The notes beneath the pieces are model-generated. The model ran no database searches. It was not told where the DNA came from and saw only the letters and a list, made by a program, of their open reading frames with translations. The position numbers were made by a program, and so were the translations under genes. A stretch of 57,632 nucleotides of DNA from Tubiluchus corallicola (Eukaryota; Animalia; Priapulida): the NCBI GenBank assembly GCA_030141605.1, contig JAQGDQ010001170.1, positions 1 to 57,632 of the forward strand, given 5' to 3'. This document shows positions 1 to 11,824 of this stretch, piece by piece. The first letter of the stretch is position 1. Each line of letters begins with the position of its first letter.

Positions 1-173
1 ATGACACGGCGCTAGGTTTAGCCGTGCGTTCAGACTACTTTCTGACTCGAGTTTTCTTACTGACGGCAGTGCATCTTACACAGTCTTTCGGTTGATATTT
101 GTCTGGTCTGCTAATTTTCATTTGGTGGTCCTTCGTCTTTCCAGGTGAATCTTTGAATGGTGATCCTTTGTCT

Positions 174-505
174 GTTATTGGTCCCTTATACTGTACTACA
201 CTACTAACTACTGACTACCCTACTAACTACACTAAAAATTCTACCTGCCACAGAACTGGTACAAATACTACCAGAATTGAACACATGAATTACTAGCGTT
301 TGCATAAGATTGGGTATATTTTCCTTGTAAATAATTACTATTAGCTCTTCCATGGCATGTATTGGTCCCTTATAGCTAAAAACCCTACCTGCCAAGGAAC
401 TGGTACAAATGCAGTCTGAATTGAATACATGAATTACTAGCTTGTACATACGACTGAGTACCTTTTCTATGTAAATGATTACTATTAGCTCCATTGAATG
501 TATTC
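174..505. repeat. Diverged tandem duplication (2 copies, ~145-185 bp)
   Basis: The block TATTGGTCCCTTATA...CTACCTGCCA..GAACTGGTACAAAT...CATGAATTACTAGC...TTACTATTAGCTC occurs twice (~174-350 and ~360-495). This explains the internally repeated ORF 204..494. Confidence 0.75.
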
Positions 506-1006
506 ATTTTTAGCACAATTGCCAGCTCCTGCTGTATAATAAACCCTTGAAAAAATGTAATGACCACCAATGCATGAGCATATAAACAAATGAATTTAAA
601 GTGTGCCTAAAAAGCTGTATCAAAACTTCATGTTTATAATCAAGTAGGTAGCAAAGATTATGCCAAGCACGTGCCATGCATGCCAATGCCATGCATCGTG
701 CCATGCACTCCTATTTACCATCGGATAACAATACTCGTACATATGGCTTATTATTTACCTGGTTTATTTGTTTGTCAGCACTTTGTAAAGGTTAGGGTAC
801 AGGGGTCAGTCTCAAGATCAGGAACATGCACAAAGTACTCACTAAACTCACTGCGGTGTACGTACAAGTTCAGTCGCTTGAAAATGAAGTAAACTGTAAG
901 ATGATGCTGCTTCAATACTATTTTTGATCAAAGCTACGCTCAAAAAGCAAATCAGGTACTCTGGCTCACTAACAGACTGCAGTGCAACGTGTTTTTGATT
1001 GCTGGT

Positions 1007-3454
1007 ATGGAAAAGATCAAGGAACTGATTTGCAGTTTGCCTGACTCAAGTGGAAAATCAGAACTCATGTCGTTATTAACTGGTTACCTAACTGCTAATT
1101 TTGATGCGAATAGAACGCAATTGCTGAACAAGATGATGCATGCTGCAACGCGCTTTAACATGCCCGAGCTTGTTGAGCAATTACTCAACAAGGGGGCAGA
1201 AATAGAAAGTTTATCACAAATTACTAAAAAAGAATCAGATCCAGATTTCAGAACTCGTGAATATGAAGGAGGAACGCCGCTAGAAACTGCATGTTGTTTG
1301 GGACACGCTTCTGTTGTTCAGATACTCATCGAACGTGGTGCTGAAGTAAGCTGCCTTACAAGAAGCAATGGATGGTCGGCTTTAGGATTAGCTGCTAAAA
1401 TGGGCAAAGCAGATATTTGTGAAATGCTATTAGTTCACGGTGCAGAAGTTGATGGTATCCCAGAAATGTATAAAGTACGACCTATAATGCATGCAGCATG
1501 GGAGGGCCACATTGAAGTAGTGAAGTTGTTAATGAAATATGGTGCCAAAATTGATGAATGTCGTCACGTTGCAGTCAGTGGACATCCGCCCCTACATGCT
1601 GCGGCAAGCCAAGGACATTTTGGAATAATCGTTTTTCTGCTTCGCAAAGGTGCAAATGTTTTTTACATAGACGACTTACTTGGTAATACTGCTCTGCATT
1701 GGGCAGTGTGGGAAGGACATCTTCACCCAGCAGCCCTTTTACTTTTTGCAGGCTCTGACATTCTGGCAGAAAATGATAATGGTGATACACCACTTTCTAT
1801 GGCATGTATTAAAGGTAGACAGGATGTTCTTGAACTATTATATGAAAACATGCTAGAAAGATATTCAGACAAAGTAGTGCTGCAGGTACTAAATAAAGTT
1901 TATGCTGGAGGAAACAGTTTAATTCATCTGGCTTGTCAAAATGCTCACATGTCAGCTGAAAGTGCAGAGATTGTTAAATTCCTTATTGACGTAGGTGTTC
2001 AAACAGAATTAAGAAATGACTCCCATGAAACGGCTTATGATATGTGCATCCATCGAGCTTACAGAAAAGCATTGAACCGAAATTACAAACAAAATGCAGG
2101 TCTTTTCCTTACATATCGGTACTTTAAAATGTGGCAAGACCAACCTTCAAAGTTTTGTGTCACAGAAGATGACGAGACTACGGCAAAAAACATTCATGAT
2201 GGATTGACGCTGAAGGAGTTGGTTGGTATACCAGGGTTAGGAGCAGTTTCAAATATGACTGAATTTAACGGAATTAGAAGCAAAATAACTGAACTGTTAA
2301 ATGCCGTCAGCAGATTTCTTGAGAAATATTATCACATAAGATGTAAGCCTATTCTTGTTGGGAGTTCAGCATGTGGAGTGAAAATTGGTTACCCAGATGA
2401 GTTTGATTTTTTCATAGTGGTACAACAACACAAGGATTTTGCGGTAGATTATTTCGTCAAAAACCATTCATTGCCTGTTGTCACAAAATTAAAGGAGACG
2501 TTTTTCCATTATTTGTGTGAAGCCATGGCAATAGTTTTGCAAGAAAAGAAATTCAAAGAAATAATTGTGCCAAACTTCTTTCCGCATGTTGTGGAATGGA
2601 ATAAAGTCTGCATGTGCTTTAAATTATGTATTTTGCTGCCAAGCAAAAATTTAACACAAATTTCCATAGATGTGACGCCATGTTTTGAAAAACTGGGAAA
2701 ACCAATGAATGCCAGCGATAAATGGCCAAAATATGTCAACAGTTATCACTACGTGCTCAAACCGTACAAGAGAAAACTTGAACCCACATTTGCTGTTCTT
2801 GAATGCACCTTTATAGAGAACTTCGACGACAGTCGCAAGATGGTGATGATACTCGCAAAGTTGCTAGTAAAATCTGTCGTTTACAGTTGCAACAAAGAAC
2901 TGCATTTGTATCCTAATCACGTGTCTTCGACAGTCCACAACAAGCTGGTCAGTGCAGATGTCGACTTGCCAGAACTTTACAGAGCAATAAAGTATCAACC
3001 GGATAAAATGATAGACTCGTACATGATAAAAGTGGCCTTCTTGCACGAAGTGATAACCAATAAAGATGACTGGGGCACAGAAAACTTAAAAGCTCGAGCT
3101 GTATCGATATTCCAGTACATTGGACACTGTTGCAGAATACGCGAAATGTTTCACCCGCTGCTAAATGATGTCAATATCTTAGAAGATCTAAAATCTAAAG
3201 AAATGAGTGGCGTTTCATTGTTAGCATTGGCCGAAGATTCAGCACGGGCTATAGCCTGCAAGTTAGCTGATGATGCCATACCATCGAAGAAAGGTCTAAT
3301 GGAGCCAGATTTTGATAAATACCATGATGAGTTAAAGAAGCATGTACTAGATCGGACGGAAGGAACGTGGAGTAAAGCAGAAATTTCTAGAGTTAGTTTT
3401 TATTTAAGAAACGTTTGGGATTGGGCAAAACAAAGTGACATACAGCTGTATTAG
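1007..3454 (+). CDS. Ankyrin-repeat cGAS-like receptor (ANK + Mab-21/cGAS-family nucleotidyltransferase), single coding exon
   Basis: ATG at 1007 is in good context (ggtATGG) with in-frame stops upstream at 890 and 902. About 8 ankyrin repeats (GGTPLETACCLGH, GWSALGLAAKMGK, GHPPLHAAASQGH, GNTALHWAVWEGH, GDTPLSMACIKGR, GNSLIHLAC). The C-terminal half has ILVGSSACGVKIGYPDEFDF (nt 2351-2410), ISIDVTP (D at 2669), SYMIKVAFLH and DDW...HPLLNDVNILE. These match the order of the cGAS motifs GS..E.VKI..PNEFD, ISVDIT, SYHVKTAF and W...YFIPEFNLF. Confidence 0.92.
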   Translation: MEKIKELICSLPDSSGKSELMSLLTGYLTANFDANRTQLLNKMMHAATRFNMPELVEQLLNKGAEIESLSQITKKESDPDFRTREYEGGTPLETACCLGHASVVQILIERGAEVSCLTRSNGWSALGLAAKMGKADICEMLLVHGAEVDGIPEMYKVRPIMHAAWEGHIEVVKLLMKYGAKIDECRHVAVSGHPPLHAAASQGHFGIIVFLLRKGANVFYIDDLLGNTALHWAVWEGHLHPAALLLFAGSDILAENDNGDTPLSMACIKGRQDVLELLYENMLERYSDKVVLQVLNKVYAGGNSLIHLACQNAHMSAESAEIVKFLIDVGVQTELRNDSHETAYDMCIHRAYRKALNRNYKQNAGLFLTYRYFKMWQDQPSKFCVTEDDETTAKNIHDGLTLKELVGIPGLGAVSNMTEFNGIRSKITELLNAVSRFLEKYYHIRCKPILVGSSACGVKIGYPDEFDFFIVVQQHKDFAVDYFVKNHSLPVVTKLKETFFHYLCEAMAIVLQEKKFKEIIVPNFFPHVVEWNKVCMCFKLCILLPSKNLTQISIDVTPCFEKLGKPMNASDKWPKYVNSYHYVLKPYKRKLEPTFAVLECTFIENFDDSRKMVMILAKLLVKSVVYSCNKELHLYPNHVSSTVHNKLVSADVDLPELYRAIKYQPDKMIDSYMIKVAFLHEVITNKDDWGTENLKARAVSIFQYIGHCCRIREMFHPLLNDVNILEDLKSKEMSGVSLLALAEDSARAIACKLADDAIPSKKGLMEPDFDKYHDELKKHVLDRTEGTWSKAEISRVSFYLRNVWDWAKQSDIQLY

Positions 3455-3782
3455 TAGAAAGTGCAAAATCAGTTTGTCTGTTTAAAATCTATCAATTTTA
3501 GAACGAACATAAGAACATTCGTTCTAAACACACAATGTAATATGTAAAAATATCACATTTTATCTGTGTGAAATACGAAATTAAATTGTCTATAGTAGTA
3601 GTTGTACATTTTGATTGTCATTAAGATCAACAAGATTACATGTACATTTACAACAAGTCAAAATTTAAGATCCATAATAAGGTTCATATAGCAGTAAAAA
3701 AATCAAGATCAATCTTACAATAATATTACAATCAAGATCAATAATACAAGATTAATCTTGTTCGCAAGTGAAACAACTTTAA

Positions 3783-4472
3783 TGGTGAGTTACTGCTGGT
3801 GAGAGGAATTGCATGCTCTCCGACAGTTGCTGCGAATTGATTTACTGTCTAGTGCGAGTGCATCAGCGAGTTACTCTCGACACTTCTGGCAGTGAATAGA
3901 GAAGTGAGTGTCAGCTTGCACTTACCGTTGGAGAGTAACTCGCAGTAAGTTTTGTTCTCTAGTCTGAACGTGCTTGTGGCAGGTTTACTTGGTGAGAAAA
4001 TTCGCTAGTCTGAACACGCCACCATAATTATTTTAATTTTGTTTCCAGGTAAACTTGCCAAGTAACTCACAAGCATGTTCACACTAGAGAACAAAACTTG
4101 CTGCGAGTTACTTTCCGAGAGTAAGCAAGAGCTGACACTCACTTCTCTATTCACTGCGAAAAGTGTCGAGAGTAACTCGCCGAGGCGTTCACACTGGACA
4201 GTAACTAGTAAGCGTGTTCAGACTAGAGAACAAAACTTGCTGCGAGTTACTTTCCGAGAGTAAGCAAGTGCTGACACTCACTTCTCTATTCACTGCGAGA
4301 AGTGTCGAGAGTAACTCGCCGAGGCATTCACGCTAGACAGTAAATCAACTCGTAGCAACTGTCGGAGAGTTTGGTATTCCTTTCCGACATTAACTCGTAA
4401 AGGAGCTCACACTCGCGAGTTTGCCTTCAGAGAGAAAACTCGCGACACAAAACTCGCTAGTCTGAACGCGTG
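3783..4472. mobile_element. Two fragments of a Harbinger-like non-autonomous element in opposite orientation
   Basis: 3819-3975 is the reverse complement of ~4070-4200 and ~4210-4366; the right arm carries a ~140-bp tandem duplication. The ends resemble CTAGTCTGAACRCGC. The same family is seen at ~44140-44345. Confidence 0.65.
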
Positions 4473-5422
4473 TTAGTACTAGGCAAATCAACGTCCGTCA
4501 ACACGGTGACTCCTACTCCATCAACTCAGTTAAACGGGCATTAATAATTGTCGAAATATGATATAAATTATTCATCGAAACTAACTCGTACGCAACTTGT
4601 GCAAACAGTAACAAAAATGCGGGTTCTTCTAGCACCAAACCGTCTCAGTGACAATGCAGATCTGACCCCTCCGTCCAGGTGTCCAATGCAGATCTGACCC
4701 CTGCGTCCAGGTGCGCACGCCGCATGTCCACTCAAATCTCTCTTTCGTACTTCATAACTTCAACACAGTACATGCGTTATTGTAGCAATTTAGTTGCCGT
4801 AACTGTTATCAGCTACACCCCTTGCTTAGGTCAGCCCCTTACGGATCATTGTGAAGCCAAGAAAGTAAAACGCTTTTGTTTGCCAAGTACTCATGGTCTC
4901 GTTGAGGTTGATTACTGTGATGTTTATTCTAACCTGTTTGTTATTTTTAAGCCGGACTGAACGTTTCCCTTCTAGCTGCTTATATAACAAGCATTTTAAG
5001 TTAAAATCCTAGAAGACCCTTCTCTTTGGAATTTTTACGCCCGGGCATAAATAACAAACGTCTTTGTGCCGCTTGCCAGACCGTTTTTCTGCATAACTGT
5101 AAGACAGATAGACTTGTTTTCTTCGCGGCCAGGCATCTTAAAACGGTTTTTGTGTTTGCGAACGCGCAGTTTTTCTGCGTGTTGTTGAGAGATTTAAACT
5201 GGAAGGCACGTGGAGGTAGTTGCAATATGAAGAGAGTGAAGGAATTTTCCTGTAAATCATCCCTGTTTGTAAAACAGGAGATTATACGCGTCAGATAAGA
5301 ACAAGTAAGACAATATGAATGATGAGGTGCGTGGAGTGGCGCATTTCGAGTGGAGGTGGTATTTTTGTTATATTAGTGAGATTATTTATTTATTTGTTTA
5401 TTTATTTGTTTACTTTATTTAA

Positions 5423-5942
5423 AGGATGATTGTGCGAACATTAATTTAGAATAAAGAATGCTCTAAAATGTTGAAAACTACAATAGCTTATTTTAAATCA
5501 AAGCTTATACTAAATACTAATTACCTCGGATATTCAAATTTCGTTAAACTTTCAAAGTTACGCTCGGCTCAGTGAATCTGCTAAGATTGGCAGCGGCGCC
5601 TTTTTGTCACGTTCGCGTGGTAACCGTGATAAGCATGATCATTTACTGCTGTGTTAGTTTCTGACGTCATATGATGTAGAGCCCATTTTTCGTGACATCA
5701 TGCGTTCAAACAGTAGCACTTACGCAAATGTGCCTGACATACAAGGGAAGATACCTGCCATTGCACAAACTGTGGCTAGTTTCTGACGTAAGCAATAGCT
5801 GTGTTCGGTTGCCGTTAATTAACTTTCTAAGCTAATTATTCAAATACAAGGAACAATTGTTTAACTTTTATAGGCAAGAAAATGTATATTTTGGACAATA
5901 AATTAAAATGAGATAGAGTCTAAACAATCGTCCGGTCTTCCT
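5423..5942 (-). mobile_element. TTAA-flanked Kolobok/T2-like MITE, family A copy 1
   Basis: TTAA|AGGATGATTGT ... ACAATCGTCCGGTCTTCCT|TTAA. It is the reverse-complement homolog of 6686-7212 and 38725-39264. Confidence 0.75.
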
Positions 5943-6685
5943 TTAAAGTTTATTTAAGCACCCAAGAAATGTCATATTTACACTGCATGTCATGTACTAT
6001 TAAAAGAGGTACCAAATTTTTTTAAAAGTATAAAAATATGTACAGAATTTAAAAATGCAAAGCATCAGTTAACGGACAAGCGGTTACTGCATCGTGTCAT
6101 CTTCTACATATTCTACTATAAAATCGTACGTCAGTTTGGTGGCGTATATGATTTACGATATAATTTGCAGAGCCAATTATTGTTGTTCTTAAAGGAAGAC
6201 AGAGCGATTTTTCATATACTAGCGATTCAGTGTGTTGTAATAAAATTCGGCAAGTTCAAAATAAAGATTCAAATTTCAAATTTACCGCTGTACTCGCGCG
6301 TGAGCTGTCGAATGTGTGCAGTTCGTCACAAACTAACACGTGTCTGAGACGTACAGCAACTGTTTTTTGTGCGGCACCTGTTTTTTGACCTACAGTTTAA
6401 CATTGGTTCCAGTGTTGCTTTTAAAAGAACTATAGGCAGAGTGACGCAACAGAAAAATGCTGTATATTGTTTTCTCCACATGTTGTTTTGCAGGCTCTAA
6501 TTACTGAGCTATATTTTTGTTTTTATTTTCTCTTCAACTTGAAAAAATGCGTAAGATTTTAACGCATGCGCTGTACACTGTACAGTATTTAATGTGACAT
6601 ACAAACTATTCAAAGTATTCAAAGTGTGCATGGTAGAAAAACCATCTACCTAAAGAGAATGTGTTGAACATAGGGGGCTAATTAA

Positions 6686-7212
6686 AGGAAGGCCGGATGA
6701 TTGTTTAGACTCAATCTCATTTTATTTCACTGTTCAAAATATACATTTTCTTGCCTATCAAAGTAACTAAGAATAATTAGCTTAGAAAGTTAATTAACGG
6801 CAACCGAGCACAGCTATTGCTTACGTCAGAAACTAACCACAGTTTATGTAATGGTAGGAATCGTATCTTGCGCGTCAAGCACGTTTGCGTAAGTGTTACT
6901 GTTGAAACGCGTGATGTCACGAAAATGCGCTCTACGTCATTTGACGTCAGAAACTAACACTGCAGTTTATGATCATGGTTATCACGGTACCGCCTTCTAT
7001 TTAACGGCCACGCGAACATGACAAAACGGCGCCGCTGCCAGTCTTAGTAGATTCACCGAGCCGCGCGTAGCTTTGAAAGCTTAACGAAATTTGAGTACCC
7101 GAGGTAATTATTATTTAATCTAAGCTTTGATTTAAAAAAGCTATTGTAGTTTGCAATATTTTAGAGCATTCTTTATTCTAGACTAATGTTTACACAATCA
7201 TCCGGTTTTCCT
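6686..7212 (+). mobile_element. TTAA-flanked Kolobok/T2-like MITE, family A copy 2
   Basis: TTAA|AGGAAGGCCGGATGATTGT ... ACAATCATCCGGTTTTCCT|TTAC, with ~19-bp TIRs and AGG...CCT termini. Confidence 0.8.
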
Positions 7213-7805
7213 TTACGTAGCAAGAAGTAATATTAAAATATTGTCGCTGAAACTTTCTTTTTATATTTGTTACACAAGATATAAAAGTGAATTTCTCCAA
7301 CGCGACTTGGAAAATAATGATATCCGATGCTTTAACAGAAACAGAGATACTAATGGAATTAAAATGCATATAGATATCGTAAAAGAACGTACCCAAAATG
7401 ATCTTATAGTAAATTGATTATACTAGCATGCTGTTTATATACGAATAATATCTACATAAGATTTTTTAAGTAAGATACAATATGTACTACTTGTACATAG
7501 AGTATAACATGTATGAGCATTAAACACAAATGTAGGTTATGTATTTAGAATTGGTAGTACCGTAATGCAGAATTGTTAGTTTGACTAGTAAGAAATTCGT
7601 AACTTCCAAGATGAACTTTGAATAAATCTATTTAATGTACATAATTTAAATATTTATTTAACTTTTTTGTACTTATGTGCCCTGTAAATAGAGGGCTAAT
7701 TGTATCATTTTGAAAAAAAGATTTTTAATAATAATAATAATAATTTCTGAGGTCTTTGAAGGCTGGCAGAGACTCGGTGCTGTGCTTTGCCAAACTTGCA
7801 CAGGA

Positions 7806-8019
7806 CGATGGCGATGATGATATGATGATGGTGATGATTGTGGTGATGATTGATGATGATGATCATTAATGATGACGACGACGATGATGATGGCGAAGAT
7901 GGTGATGATGGTTGATGATAATGATGATGAAGATGACGATGGTGATGGTAATGGTGATGACGATGATGATTGATGGCGATGATGATGATGATGATGGCGA
8001 TGATGATGATGATGATGAT
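7806..8019. repeat. Imperfect (GAT)n microsatellite
   Basis: Runs of GAT/GGT/GAC. They produce the spurious poly-His/Ser ORF 7673..8095. Confidence 0.9.
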
Positions 8020-8639
8020 GCACGGGAAGCATTTTAATCAATGCGCAACAAATGAGGCAGGGATATAAGGTTTCTAATGTCCAAAAGTGTGTCATGACTC
8101 ATTCACTATTTTACCTACGCATGCGCCAAGTGCATGGAAACTGCGAAGATGGGGATTTCATGTGGTACTTCTACTAAGAACTCTCCCAGTCTTTCTGGTT
8201 CGAATTATCTCGCTTTTATTTGCTTTCGCCTGTTGAGCAGGCGTGTTGTTTGTGACTGGTAGCCCACTGGTTGAATTTTGTAAATCAGATTGTTGTGGAC
8301 ATGAAATTGGAGCACACGTGGCGTCGTAAATTTTACCTAAATTCATTTTTTATAAGCACTTGAACCAGTTTTAACATCCATCCTTCATCTGTGATTGAAA
8401 GTCGACTTTCAAGTTCTGCTAATGTAGTGATGCTTGTAACCTAGATTACCAGGGTACTAACTAGTTCGAGCGTTTTCTCTTGTGTTTTTCATGCTGTTAC
8501 AGCTGTTAGCTATCACCCCTATCAGCTACTCTGCCAGCTACACACTTTCGGCAAGGAGTTTTCTTTATAGTTCAAGACACATCGGTGGGGGGGGGGGGGA
8601 GGGCTGGTGGGGTTGTGCCGAAATCGCTGCAGAGGCTGT

Positions 8640-8875
8640 TTATTTGAAGTTTAAACACTTACGCAAACGTGCTTGTTGCGCAAGGGAAGACGTCTGCTAT
8701 TGCTCAAATTGTGGTCAGTTTCTGACGTAAGCAATAGCTGCGCTCGGTTGGCGTTAATTAACTTTCTAAGCTAATTATTCAAATATGAGGAACAATTGTT
8801 AAGTTTTATAAGCAAGAAAATGTATATTTTGGACAGTAAATCAAAATGAGATTGACTCTAAACAATCGTCCGGTC
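8640..8875 (-). mobile_element. Partial family A MITE (one end)
   Basis: Matches ~5715-5937 (CACTTACGCAAA...TTCTGACGTAAGCAATAGCTG...AAACAATCGTCCGGTC). Confidence 0.75.
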
Positions 8876-9074
8876 ATGTAGCCAATGGCTCATACTTAGC
8901 ATTTTGCTTTATTTTTCCTCTGTTTAAAACGTAGCAGTTAGTTGTATTTATTCGCATCACCATTATCATGTAATCGTTCTTTTCCATATAATCATATACG
9001 CATGTTTTAAATTTATCGTTCTTGTTTTCTATACACGGCATTACTACTCCGAATTTCAATATTGCTTAATATAA

Positions 9075-9547
9075 TATTACGGCACACGTTATAGGCTGAA
9101 CTATCACTACATACAGTGCAACACTAATATTAGAAAATTTTCTATTAAATACAATGGCCCTTACATATGGAATTCAATTGCTCCAGCTATTAAAAATACC
9201 AACTCGCTGTCCATATTTGAAAAAAAATTATAAATTAAACTTACTTGAAACATCTAACTGATGACTCAAATCATGATTTGTTGTTTTTCATTTTCAAAAA
9301 CTTGTATAGTATAATAATATTTTTATTACTTCCCACCCGTATTTATATTGTATATATTGTAATATTGTATCTGTATATATTGTAATTTTTTTCGTAACTA
9401 ATGCTAGTGGCCTACCATAAGCTAGTTTCTTAGGTCTCTAGCGCAGAATTCATGAATTGTATCATATGTCTGTATTAACAAAAACTGATTATCGTGCACA
9501 TGTAATGTAATGTATATGTATATGTATATGTTTATTGCGAAATAAAT
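9075..9547 (+). mobile_element. 3' remnant of a CR1/L2-group LINE
   Basis: Translates YGTR...KFSIKYNGPYIWNSIAPAIKNTNSLSIFEKK, a typical ORF2 C-terminus (G..WN.LP..IK...S...FK). It is followed by an AT-rich 3' UTR ending near AATAAA. Confidence 0.6.
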
Positions 9548-11370
9548 ATATTAAAATCTAATATTAACGAACTTCAATCTAATCATATATTGGCACCTCG
9601 CGAAATATGGACTTGAACTTTAAAACACCAGGGTTTTTAGTCGCCCAATAATTGCTTTCCCCCTTTTTGTAAAGAGCTGAAAGGTTAAAAGTTTTGAAGT
9701 ATTTACAAAAACAAAAATCCAATCCGCGTTCGCGACAAAAAGTGTTTACAGATTATTATTATTATTAATCCATTTTATTATATATATTAACATAAATACA
9801 TACATAATAATACATAAATTCCCTCTATTTGCAGGGACCAGTATGAGCATTATGATAATAAGTTAGAGAATAATTGCAATTATCCCTTTTAATATCACTG
9901 GTGACTATGATAACAGTAAAACATATCAACAACTACAACCAACATAGCTAGATTTACATTTAAATTTATATTTACCTAATTTTATAAATAACTCTTACTT
10001 TTATATTTTCATTGACGGGTAGCAATCTAATTATTATAAAATAACAGTAACTGGACTTCACATTTTTAAACATAAACTCCACGTTTTTTCGGCTATATTT
10101 TCCTCTTCTATCAGACCGATTCTATTGCTAAACTCATTACAACCTCTCCCTAATAATAAGTTGAAAGCAATGGTTTCAATAACCCGTTCATTTCTTGTTA
10201 TTTGCAGATCTAAAGGTTTTGCGCAAACTTTAACTTCTTCAAAAGGTTTCCAGCTAACTGGTTGCAATGCAACAGTTTTCTTTTCCATAGTGTTTACAGA
10301 GTTAAATTATAATTTTGTTTAAAATCAGTAGAAAAATGACGTGTACATGTATTCATATGTGCTGCAGTTATAGCCTTTCACAGTAGGAGTTCATTAACTT
10401 TAGTATAGTTCAGTGCTTTTTTTCAAATTTTATTACTTTATTTTTGCGTCTGTGTATATTTTCATACTAAAGCAAAATAAGCAATAGCGATAGTTGCAGG
10501 AATCAATCCTCTCTGTCACTGCGCATGCGTTATCACTAGCACTTAGCCGTGTGTATAAATACCTCAACCTTTTCATTGTGTTATAAACTTAATGCTAAAT
10601 CCATTCCTATTGGGACCGGGGATAATATAACGCAGTTTTAAAGTAGCATTATTTTTGTGTCTCGCTTTGCGTCCCCACAGACCTGTAATGGATGATAGAT
10701 GTTTCCCTTTTGGGCATATTATTGTGTTACCCATTAATCCTCAAGCAACGAAATAATGCTTACTACGTTCCCAATGTCCATTTTTACTTGGGATTGTGGG
10801 TAAAGCAGGTATAAAAAATAGCAGATCTATTACTAGATTTAAAAAAATGCTAAAAAATCAAATTTTAACTAAGTATCAGTGAGTAATTAAAATTTCTATC
10901 AGTATCCAACCTCACAGTAGTTGCAAAACAGTGGTGTTAGCTTAATCAAGTTATTTTAATTTTACATACTATTAAAAAATAATAGTCTTTCTATCTTTTA
11001 TATCATTCCATATATGAGTTTCATTCATTACATCATTCCTTTTTAAGTACTAACGTTTTTTTTATCACGATTCACTTTAAATTTTCAGATTATCTCCATT
11101 ACTTTTTTTCTCTATCACTGTGTGGGACAATCTAACAAGACCTGCTTTTTGATTGCCCGCAACACATTTACCTTCGTGTATAAGTGAATAGTGCTTGAGG
11201 CTTTTCCTGTGCAGTATTTTTTATTTGTATTATATCCATTGTAGGCCCTTTCACTAGATATTGTATATGTAACCTGTAAATGTGTAACGTGAAATAAATG
11301 ACTTATGACTTGTACCCGGATGGTCAGCGTTGTTAGCCATTTGATTCCGCTCTAAATAAAAAAAAGAATA

Positions 11371-11824
11371 CCGTATTTTCCCGTGTATAAGAGACCCTTG
11401 TGTATAAGAGACCCCTTCAATTTTTAGGCAAAAATTCTGGAAAAAAGTTTTTTCAGACGGACATTTTTAGAGGGTAGAGTACAACTTTTTTCAACTCAGT
11501 GCGGTACTGAAAACAAAATAAAACCAGTTAATGTGTTGTAGAAAAAGAGTACTGGTATATATTAAAGTGCGTACCTGCAAACCTGTAACAGGAAAAGAGA
11601 AAACGAGTAGATAATGCCTGTGTCACGATGCTTGTATTGCTTACAACCGCTTCATAGTCGAACGCGACACGCAAAACAGTTGTAGAGCACTTATTTCTTT
11701 AAAATCATTAGTGTCACAATTTATGCATCTTATTGAAAAGACTTACTCCCATGTATAAGAGACCCCCTATTTTTAAAGTGAAAATTCTGAGCAAAAAAGG
11801 GTCTCTTATACACGGGAAAATACG
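11371..11824 (+). mobile_element. Tc1/mariner (Tc2/pogo-like) MITE, copy 1
   Basis: TA|CCGTATTTTCCCGTGTATAAGAGACCC ... GGGTCTCTTATACACGGGAAAATACG|TA. Nearly identical to 50301-50738. Confidence 0.85.

Noticed and set aside
989-1006. GTG start for the cGLR ORF (and GTG 35349 for Kir)
   Set aside because: These are eukaryotic genes; the first in-frame ATGs (1007 and 35364) are preferred.
10058-10400. Possible THAP/transposase relic (CTRHFS on the - strand); a similar weak hint at 41030-41200
   Set aside because: Only a few residues match, amid stops; this is not supportable without a profile search.
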